A stretch of DNA of 64,000 bases from Nitrospirota bacterium. Its GTDB lineage: Bacteria > Nitrospirota > UBA9217. Location of the stretch: contig CAVWHO010000015.1 in NCBI GenBank assembly GCA_963754875.1, forward strand, positions 138,201 through 202,200, given 5' to 3'. A model generated the notes under the pieces. It had not been told where the DNA came from. It was given only the letters and a program-made list of their open reading frames with translations, and ran no database searches. Shown here piece after piece: positions 40,012 to 48,219 of this stretch. A program made the translations under genes and the position numbers. Numbering within the stretch: the stretch's first letter is position 1; the number at the start of each line of letters is the position of its first letter.

Positions 40012-41643
40012 ATGGCTCTCTCCGGCCTCTATGAAATCGGCAAATCTGCGCTCATTGCCAGCCAGACCGCGCTCGCCGTAACCAGTAACAATATCGCGAA
40101 CGTCAACACTCCCGGCTATTCCGCGGAGTCCGTGACGCTTGATATCGCGTCCCCAACCTCTACCAGTGCCGGCCAGGTCGGTAGCGGGGTGACGGCGGCG
40201 AACGTCACGCGTAACTACAACAGTTTTGTTGAGGCCCAGCTTTTGAACGAACAAAAAAAGCAGAGCATGTCCGCGTCCATGGACCAAACCTGGGGACAGG
40301 TGGAACAGGTATTGAACGACTCGCAGGGCATCGGGCTTTCGGGACCGCTCTCCAACTTCTTCAACGACTGGAGCGCAGTAGCCGCCAGCCCCGATTCTTC
40401 GGCTGCCCGTTATCAATTACTACAAGATGCGAATACGCTTGTCCAGACTGCGCAGTCGATCGCGAGCAGTATCAACGACACGGTGAACAATGCCAACGCC
40501 ACCATAACGACCGACGCCAAGCAGGTAAACACACTCGCCTCGGATATTGCATCGCTCAATCAGCAGATAGTCGCGGAGGAGGCGGGCACTAGGGGGACGC
40601 AGGCGAACACTCTGCGGGACCAACGGGACGCAAAACTCACGGCGCTTGGCAAGCTCGTCGACTTCACGTCATACGAAGACCAGAATGGATCTCTCACCGT
40701 TGTCGTTGGAAATCGGAATCTCGTGTCTGGCTACCAGACCAACCAAATGACCACGGGTTCGGACACGAACGGCAATACAACCGTGATTCTAGACAACACC
40801 GACATTACATCGAACATTCAAGGCGGCGATATCGGCGGACTCATGCAGTCCAGGAATGACATCCAAACGAAAACGCTCGCGGGGCTCAATTTGCTTGTTG
40901 CTTCGATAGCACAGCAGGTGAACAGCGTGCATACTCAAGGATTCGGCCTCGATGGATCCACAGGAAATAACTTTTTCACACTGGCCGTACCCACGGCCAG
41001 TAACGCAGCTACGGCAACAATTTCACCGCCGAAAGTGACCGGCCCGGCTGCACTCACTTCAAATGAATACATGGTGAATTTCAATGCAGCAGGCACCACA
41101 TATACCATCAGCAATAAACAGACCGGTGCAATCCTTGCGACCAACGGGTATACATCGGGGAGTGCCATTAACTTCAACGGGTTGAGCTTCACCATCACTG
41201 GCGCAGTCGCGAATACTGACAGCTTCACCATCGGGAGCCCACTTCCCACAGCCATCAACAGTTTCGGCGTTGCAATAACCGATCCTAATAAGGTCGCTGC
41301 CGCGTCAACGGCCGCAGGAGTCCCCGGGGACAACGGGAGCGCGAGCCAAATAGCTCAGCTTACAAACACAGCGATCGGTACGCTCGGAAACACCACCTTT
41401 TCAGGATACTACAGCGGTGTGGTGACCACGGTCGCATCGACCAAACTGGCAACATCTGACAGCCTTACATTCAACAATAATCTCTTGTCTCAGCTGCAGT
41501 CCAGTCGCGATTCGGCTTCGGCCGTGTCGCTCGATACCGAAGCGACCAATCTTATGCTGTTCCAGCGGTCCTATGAGGCCGGAGCACAGGTAATCAAAAT
41601 TGCCGATGAGCTTGTCCAGTCGGTCCTCGCTCTCGTTACATGA
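40012..41643 (+). CDS. flgK: Hook-associated protein FlgK
   Basis: GKSALIASQ..SNNIANVNTPGYS; LRDQRD; SAVSLDTE..NL..FQRSYEA. Confidence 0.95.
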   Translation: MALSGLYEIGKSALIASQTALAVTSNNIANVNTPGYSAESVTLDIASPTSTSAGQVGSGVTAANVTRNYNSFVEAQLLNEQKKQSMSASMDQTWGQVEQVLNDSQGIGLSGPLSNFFNDWSAVAASPDSSAARYQLLQDANTLVQTAQSIASSINDTVNNANATITTDAKQVNTLASDIASLNQQIVAEEAGTRGTQANTLRDQRDAKLTALGKLVDFTSYEDQNGSLTVVVGNRNLVSGYQTNQMTTGSDTNGNTTVILDNTDITSNIQGGDIGGLMQSRNDIQTKTLAGLNLLVASIAQQVNSVHTQGFGLDGSTGNNFFTLAVPTASNAATATISPPKVTGPAALTSNEYMVNFNAAGTTYTISNKQTGAILATNGYTSGSAINFNGLSFTITGAVANTDSFTIGSPLPTAINSFGVAITDPNKVAAASTAAGVPGDNGSASQIAQLTNTAIGTLGNTTFSGYYSGVVTTVASTKLATSDSLTFNNNLLSQLQSSRDSASAVSLDTEATNLMLFQRSYEAGAQVIKIADELVQSVLALVT

Positions 41644-41750
41644 GATCGTGTGGGTCACGATCAATAAGAACATAAATACGCTTTCTTAGGATTCTTTTGC
41701 TGATTTTCTCCGCCGACGAAGTCAGCGGATGTCGTGAACGGGGTAAGACC

Positions 41751-42800
41751 ATGCAAATAACCACTTCTACAATATACAATCAGATCCGAAGCGGTCTCCA
41801 AAACTTCCAAACGAGTTATTCAGATCTGACCACGCGCCTAGCGACGCAGAAGAAAATCCTTGCTCCTTCCGATGACGTCGCGGGCACAATGCGCGCCATG
41901 GATTACCAGGTAAGCATCAACAATAACAGCCAGTACAAAAACAACATAACCATGGCTTCGACGAATCTCAACCTGACAAGCACCGTTCTTACAGGGGTCT
42001 CAAGTGCATTATCGACATTAACAAATTTGACCTCGTCCAGCAGCTCAGATCCTGCCACTTTGGCTTCCTCCGCGCAACAGGCAGCGCTGGTGCGAGATGA
42101 GCTTTACGATTACGCGAACACAAATAACGGCAATGGTGGTTATCTTTTTTCAGGATTTCTTTCCAACCAGCAGCCATACACAGTCCAAAACCAGCCCCCC
42201 GGCACAGTGCCATCCACGGCGTATGTCTATAACGGCGATAATGGCGCGCTCAACGTCCCGGTCGCCCCCGGCGCAACTATGCAAGCCAATGTCACCGGCA
42301 ACGAGGCTTTCAGCTTATCCCAGAGCGCTCTTCCAGCCCAAGTCAATTTAAGCAATGGCCAAATAGTCCAATACGCTGCTGGAGCGGGCACAACCGTCAA
42401 CGTCACAATACTGCAGTCTGACGGCGTGACAGTTGCAGACACGTTTAGCTTTTCGAACATGATGGACATGGCCAATATCATCAGCTCGGCTATCGGAGCG
42501 AATAATACGTCCCGTATCGAAGCAATGGCCCAGCCACTGAGTAAGATGCTGGACCAAGTGAATGCTAGCGAGGCTCAAGTCGGTACTCGGATAAATGCTC
42601 TTACTGACCAGTCGTCCCAACTAGACCTGAGCACGAATACCCTGGAAAACGAGCTCTCTTCGGTCCAGGATGCGAACACGAACGAGATTTCACTCCAGCT
42701 CACGCAGACCGATACGGCGCTGAAAGCCCTCTATTCGACAGCAGCACAGCTCCTCCCCCAGTCACTCATCAGTTTTCTATCAACAGGGTCAGCTGGATAA
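41751..42800 (+). CDS. flgL: Hook-associated protein FlgL
   Basis: Flagellin-like N-terminus LATQKKILAPSDD; GYLFSG; follows flgK. Confidence 0.92.
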   Translation: MQITTSTIYNQIRSGLQNFQTSYSDLTTRLATQKKILAPSDDVAGTMRAMDYQVSINNNSQYKNNITMASTNLNLTSTVLTGVSSALSTLTNLTSSSSSDPATLASSAQQAALVRDELYDYANTNNGNGGYLFSGFLSNQQPYTVQNQPPGTVPSTAYVYNGDNGALNVPVAPGATMQANVTGNEAFSLSQSALPAQVNLSNGQIVQYAAGAGTTVNVTILQSDGVTVADTFSFSNMMDMANIISSAIGANNTSRIEAMAQPLSKMLDQVNASEAQVGTRINALTDQSSQLDLSTNTLENELSSVQDANTNEISLQLTQTDTALKALYSTAAQLLPQSLISFLSTGSAG

Positions 42801-42841
42801 TCTTCTCCAACCGAGTAGCGCCAGCCTTTATCGAACTCCAT

Positions 42842-42875
42842 AAAAAAAGGCCCCTATACTATGGGGGCCTTTTTT
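42842..42875. terminator. Bidirectional intrinsic terminator
   Basis: AAAAAAAGGCCCC-loop-GGGGCCTTTTTT between convergent genes. Confidence 0.88.
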
Positions 42876-42895
42876 TGTAGGTACTTTTCGTCCTC

Positions 42896-44764
42896 TCAGA
42901 GGAACAGTCCTTCGACGATTTCCGAGTTCACCCGGTGGATCCAGTGGAGGATGTCGTACTTTGCCGGCTTCCGGCAGGTCTTCAAAACAGAGCCCGACAT
43001 AGTAGGCCCTGTCCTGTTTTCTGGCGTGATAGACCGTGGCGCGGACCGTGATGTTGCCCAGCGCGATCATGTTGAAGTTGACGTTCAATTTGGAGCCGAT
43101 GCCGATCGGGCCGCCGACTTCCAGAAGGCAGCCGGCCGGGCCGATGTTCTTTACCACGGCGGCGTTCGATTCATCGGAAAAACCTTCGAGCGAATAGGTC
43201 ACCGACGCGTCCGTGGCCTTTCTCATGAACCGCCTGGTCCCGCCTTTGACGGCCACGGCTTCGGCGATGCTGATCGGATGGTCCTTTCCCTTTACCATGA
43301 CCGGTGACAGTTCTTTCCAGGTCGCCTGATCGCCGATCTCATCGGCGATGATCTTGCTGACCAGCACCTGTCCCGGCTGCGCAACGCCGCAGAGCCGCGC
43401 CGCGATATTGATGTTGTCGCCGATCACCGTATAGTCCATGTGGTCTTCCGAACCCATGTTGCCCATGACGACCTCGCCGCTGTTCAGGCCGATGCCGATG
43501 GCTGATCTGTTTTTCCCCGGCCGCCGCCCTCGCCGCGTTCAAGGCCCTGCAGTAGCTCTGGATCTCCACCGCCGCGCGGACCGCGTTGATCTCCATGCCC
43601 TTCCCTTCGAAGATGGCCATGACCTCGTCGCCCACGAATTTATCGACGATCCCTCCCCAGTGATGGATGACCGTGGTCTGCAGGTTCAGATAGATGTTCA
43701 TGAGACTGACCACGTCCTCGGGGCTCATCTTCTCGGACAGGGACGTGAAACCGCGCGCGTCGGAGAACAGGGCGGTCACGTACTTCCGCTCGCCGCCCAG
43801 CTTCAGCTGCGTCACGTCCCGGTGCTCCTTGATGGAGAGGACCGTTGACTGGGACAGATATTTTTCCATGAGGAGCTTTTCCCGGAGGCTCAGGATCATC
43901 TGGTTGAAGACGTTGGTCAATTTCCCGATCTCGTCGTCGGAGGGGACCGCGACCAGCTTGCGCAGGTCCCCGCGGGCGACGACCTGGATGCCTTCCTCCA
44001 GCGAATCGAGGGGTTTCGTGATCATCGCGGGCGAGCGCGAAGGAGACCAGCAGGCCGACGACGACGAAACCCAGGGCGACCCAGAGATAGGTGATTTTCT
44101 GTTCGCGGATCGCTTCGTTCAGCGCTTTTTCGGAAAGCCCGATCCGCGCGACGCCGAGCTTGAGTTTTTTCGTCTGCAGCATGATGGGGATCGAGGCGTC
44201 CAGAACCGAATCGTTGTTCAACACCGTCTCCTGGAACAGGAGCGCATCGGCCTTCAAAGCCGCCTTATCAGCCGCTTCGGAAAAGACTGCCCCCTTCTTC
44301 GAAAAATCGCTGTGCGCAAAGACGCGTCCCTCGTCGTCGATGACCATGGCATACACGACGCCTTCTCGCTTCTGGATGTCCGTGATGGTGGAAAAGACCG
44401 GCAATTCCTGTTTGGTCAGCAGGCCTTCCTTGCCCACGTTCGCAAGCTGCTGGACCAGGACGGCAGCCCGGCTGTTCAGTTCATTACGAAGGATCGCATT
44501 CTGGCGGGCAAAGGTCACGACGCCGAGAGAAAGAACGGCGAGGCTCAGGACCATGATGAGCGTGCCTGCAATCTTATAGCGGACCTTGATCGAGGAAAAG
44601 AAACGGAACAGCCAGGAATGGCGGAGCGGTTGCTGGACAATCGGCTTTGCCGGTGCAGGCGCAGCTACTGCGCTCCTTTTGTCAGGAGGAGTTTTCTGCA
44701 CGTCCGTTGCCGGCCCTGCGGCACCTTCGTTTTCGGCAATATTATTTCCGCCGTCGTCGCTCAT
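42896..44764 (-). CDS. Membrane class III adenylate cyclase (sensor-HAMP-cyclase) with C-terminal PilZ-like domain; three apparent frameshifts
   Basis: Pieces 43640-44764, 43339-44025 and 42828-43466 join into one protein: LFSDARGFTSLSE, VDKFVGDEVMA, IGIGLNSG, DYTVIGDNINIAARLC, VKGK, then RRFMR..NIGPAG. Confidence 0.85.
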
Positions 44765-45117
44765 TTGGATTCAAGTTCGTTCAGCGTTTTCAATATCTTT
44801 TCAATCTTTCTGAGGTTCTCCTGGGCCTTAATCCCGAGAGCGGTATGCGGGCCGAGATCAACGACCTCCTCAAAGGCCCCCTTGGCGTTTGCATAGTCCT
44901 CCGCGGAATAATATTGAAGGCCCTCGTCATAATAACGCTTCTGAGCCTTCGCATCAACCGGCCTCTGCTGCGGACGGACCACCCGTTTGGGGTGCCGCGG
45001 TGGCGGCGGAGGGGCTTGCGGCGCCGTAGCACAGCCGGCAACGATGAGGAACGCAGCGCCGTACAACAACAGTTTGCGAAACGCTGTTTCTGTCAACACG
45101 AACTTCCTTGATATCAT
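44761..45117 (-). CDS. Lipoprotein with proline-rich linker and TPR-like motif
   Basis: Lipobox VAGC; YYDEGLQYY..EDYANAK..FEEV; ATGA overlap with the cyclase gene. Confidence 0.8.
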   Translation of the reverse strand: MISRKFVLTETAFRKLLLYGAAFLIVAGCATAPQAPPPPPRHPKRVVRPQQRPVDAKAQKRYYDEGLQYYSAEDYANAKGAFEEVVDLGPHTALGIKAQENLRKIEKILKTLNELESK

Positions 45118-45406
45118 GTAACGTGCTTCCTCTCTGTTACGGAAAAAGAAACCAGAACACGCCGTTTGTTGTGAATAACCCGCATCCTGTTTGTTTCGCG
45201 TGGGAATTGAACCGTGCGCCCAGAGGGGACATGGACGGAATTAAAATTTTCTGGACAAGCATATCACACGAGATTCGCTGTTGTCAACGTGATTGCGCAA
45301 CTGGTCCGGGCAGCCGGCCAACCTAAAACTTTTTTCCTGTGCGCTCGGAAAGCACCGACAGCCCGTGCGGAAACGCGGCACTGCAGGCAAGAGATTGCAC
45401 GCCCCT

Positions 45407-46255
45407 TCAGCCCTGCTCCCTGCCTGCGGCCTCCCGTGCAAGCATCGCTTTTTTCCGCGCAATGCCCCATCTATAGCCGCCCAGTGCGCCGCTCTTCTGC
45501 AGAACGCGGTGGCAGGGAATGAGGTATGCTACCGGGTTATGGGCCACGGCATTCGCGATTGCGCGCACGGCTTTCGGCTGTTTGATGGTCCTGGCGATGT
45601 CCGAGTAGGACACGATAGTGCCGCGCGGGACGGTGAGGAGCGCTTGCCAGACCTTGAGCTGGAAATTCGTGCCCACGAGGTGGATCGGAAGCGCGCCTTT
45701 CGGATACCTGGAGTTGAATATGCGGTCGACATAGGGCCGGGTGCGCGAAGGGTCCTCGGCAATATCGGCGAGACGCCATTGTTTCCTCAGGTCAGCGACG
45801 ATCTTTTTTCGATCTGCCGGTCCTGCAAAGGCGAGATGGCAGATCCCCCTCCCCGTTACTGCCACGAGACATTCGCCAAAGGGGCTCGGATGGACGCCGT
45901 AGAAGATCTTCACGTGCAAGCCGCGCTTTTTGAACTCGCCCGGCGTCATCGCTTCGCTGTTCACGAACAGGTCGTGTAGCCGGCCCGCGCTCGACAGGCC
46001 GCTTTTATCCGTGACATCAAGCAGGTTTGCAGACTCGTCCATGACCTGCTTTGCGTAGGAAACGGTCAAAAGCTGCAGGAACCGCTTCGGGCTGATCCCG
46101 GCCCAGCGCTTGAAAAGCCGCTCGAAATGGTACTCGCTCAGGTGGACCGCCTGGGCGATTTTCTTTAGATCAGGCTGCTCGCGGAAATGTTTCTCCAGGA
46201 AGAGAATGGCCTTTTCAATGCGCTCGTAATCTTTTGCCAGTGATTCTCGGTTCAT
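45407..46255 (-). CDS. AraC-HTH + methylated-DNA-protein-cysteine methyltransferase (Ada-like, lacking the Zn domain)
   Basis: LSEYHFERLFKRWAGISPK; GTNFQLKVW; IPCHRV active site; GGYRWG. Confidence 0.93.
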   Translation of the reverse strand: MNRESLAKDYERIEKAILFLEKHFREQPDLKKIAQAVHLSEYHFERLFKRWAGISPKRFLQLLTVSYAKQVMDESANLLDVTDKSGLSSAGRLHDLFVNSEAMTPGEFKKRGLHVKIFYGVHPSPFGECLVAVTGRGICHLAFAGPADRKKIVADLRKQWRLADIAEDPSRTRPYVDRIFNSRYPKGALPIHLVGTNFQLKVWQALLTVPRGTIVSYSDIARTIKQPKAVRAIANAVAHNPVAYLIPCHRVLQKSGALGGYRWGIARKKAMLAREAAGREQG

Positions 46256-46379
46256 GGTAAATACCTCATCTTGATGTTATCATAACGCGGTGTGTATGCC
46301 GACACAACCCGATTCTTGCTCTTTTTGGGACCACCAAAGGCTGTCATCGATGAAAGCTCCAGAAAGATTCTCGTACTTT
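46020..46379. repeat. 360-bp direct repeat, copy 1 (5' end of the ada-like gene plus its upstream region)
   Basis: Appears identical to 51296-51655. Confidence 0.95.
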
Positions 46380-46563
46380 CGGGGAATTGCTGGTATCTCA
46401 GGAGTGATATCTTTTCAGCAAAAGAATTGAATATCGCAGAAGGCGAATGTCAAGAGTAAAGACCTGTATAACCATATAAAGGGCACCTCCAGAGCATACC
46501 AGAGTGGTTAAGCTCTGATATGCTCTTGGGAGAAGAGACCAATCTTATCCCAGGAGGTGCTTT

Positions 46564-47592
46564 ATGAGATTGTACACAGGAATTGATCTACATTCAAGCA
46601 ACAGTTATCTGGCGATCATCGATGAAACTGGTAAACGGGTGTTCAAAAAGAAGCTTCCCAATGATCCGGAACAAATTCTTTCCGCTCTCGCACCATACAA
46701 GGATACGATTATCGGCATCGTCATCGAGTCCACGTACAACTGGTATTGGTTGGTGGATGCACTCATGGCAGAAGGATACAAGGTGCATCTCGCAAACCCT
46801 ACGGAGATCAAGCAATATAAGGGGCTCAAGTATTCAGACGATCAGCATGATGCCTTCTGGCTGGCCGAGATGCTGCGGCTCGGGATCCTTCCCGAAGGCT
46901 ACATTTACCCGAAAGAAGATCGACCAGTCCGTGACTTGTTACGCAAACGAAGCCATCTCGTAAAGCTCAGGACCTCGCTCATCATCAGTTTGCAGAACAT
47001 CATTTGCCGTAACAACGGGTTCCGGCTCAAGACGAACGACGTCAAGGCATTGAAAACGGATCGCGTTGCGCCGTTTCTTGAGCAGAACGAGGACCTGGCC
47101 TTGGCCGGCAAGATCAGCAAGGAGTCCATAGATTTTCTGACGCTCAAGATCAAAACGGTTGAGAGCATCATAGAAGACAGAATGGAGCTGCGCGAACCAT
47201 ACAAAAATCTCCTCACGTTGCAGGGAGTGGGTAAAACGTTGGGACTTACCATCATGCTGGAGACCGGCCCGATCAGCCGCTTCTCGCAAGTCGGCAACTA
47301 TTGCTCCTACTGCCGGAAAGTTTCAACCAAATGGATCAGCAACGATAAGAAAAAGGGCAAAGGGAACAAGAAAAGCGGCAACAAGTACCTGGCATGGGCC
47401 TTTTCCGAAGCTGCCGAGATCGCCCGACGCTATTATCCGGAAGCCCGGGCATATTACCAGCGCAAGATGCAAAAGACCAACGCCATGATAGCCCATCAAG
47501 CCCTGGCCCACAAACTGGCGCGGGCAGCGTATTACATCATGCGAGATGGAGTTCCCTTTATGCCGGAGAAAATCTTTACACAAAGTTCATAG
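46564..47592 (+). CDS. IS110-family DEDD recombinase/transposase
   Basis: GIDLHS, VIESTYNW, KYSDDQHDA; C-terminal GVG..G..I..E and SNDKK..G.KSGNKYL motifs. Confidence 0.96.
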   Translation: MRLYTGIDLHSSNSYLAIIDETGKRVFKKKLPNDPEQILSALAPYKDTIIGIVIESTYNWYWLVDALMAEGYKVHLANPTEIKQYKGLKYSDDQHDAFWLAEMLRLGILPEGYIYPKEDRPVRDLLRKRSHLVKLRTSLIISLQNIICRNNGFRLKTNDVKALKTDRVAPFLEQNEDLALAGKISKESIDFLTLKIKTVESIIEDRMELREPYKNLLTLQGVGKTLGLTIMLETGPISRFSQVGNYCSYCRKVSTKWISNDKKKGKGNKKSGNKYLAWAFSEAAEIARRYYPEARAYYQRKMQKTNAMIAHQALAHKLARAAYYIMRDGVPFMPEKIFTQSS

Positions 47593-47596
47593 GCTG

Positions 47597-47950
47597 GCTG
47601 GGACGGTGAACCTTGCTTAGGGTTGGCAAAAAACCACGAGACCTGATTGGTAATCCGTCCCACCCTTTTATAGCGTTATCAGCATCTTTACTGCCCATGC
47701 CGCGAGCCATCATGGGGCTGGTTAACAACCATAAGACTTGTACATACTCCTGGACACGGCATGGAACCGAAGATTTTCTGGTCCGCCATAAGGCGGAAAG
47801 GGTCATGGATAAAAAGCTTCACCAATGACCTTAATCCCGATGGGTGACTGGTGCAGTGAAGACTGACACCGAAACCGAATGAAACTGCGGCAATGGTAAT
47901 GATGAAGATAACGAAAAGGCTCGGCGAGAAACATTCGTTTCTCGCCACAA
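47597..47950 (+). ncRNA. Predicted bridge/seek RNA of the IS1111-type element
   Basis: Stem-closed loops contain AGACCTG (matches target+core), AAGACTTG and ATGGGTG (matches donor end+core); terminal hairpin 47923-47946. Confidence 0.72.
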
Positions 47951-48219
47951 GATAGCTTTTTCCGCTTGACGGTGCCCTTTAAATGGGTGACCTGAGATGT
48001 TCATCTGGTATTCTCCGCGTACTCCGTTTATGGCCGCGTTTTGGACACAGCAGGCTTACACCTCCGCGGGAAACGTCTCTTCTTCTTAATTCATCCTTCC
48101 TACGTCTTACTTCCTGCTTCTTAATTTAATAAGGATTCATTTGCCGAGCAGGGCCATGATGCGTATAATAGAAAGAAAATGGGTCGAATCCAGCTTCATC
48201 TTCCCCGGAAACGCCATCC

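Larger units (their letters stand above)
46467..47989 (+). mobile_element. Complete IS110-family element with IS1111-type architecture
   Basis: Sub-terminal IRs CCATATAAAGGGCACC (46472-46487) and GGTGCCCTTTAAATGG (47971-47986), 15/16 match; long 3' non-coding end; TG core at both junctions. Confidence 0.9.

Noticed and set aside
40700..42800. Horizontal acquisition of flgK/flgL suggested by lower GC
   Set aside because: Thr/Asn/Ser-rich variable domains of hook-associated proteins commonly shift composition, and the genes are in canonical order.
47576..47948. Short ORFs downstream of the IS110 transposase
   Set aside because: No RBS or motifs; the region is better explained as structured ncRNA.
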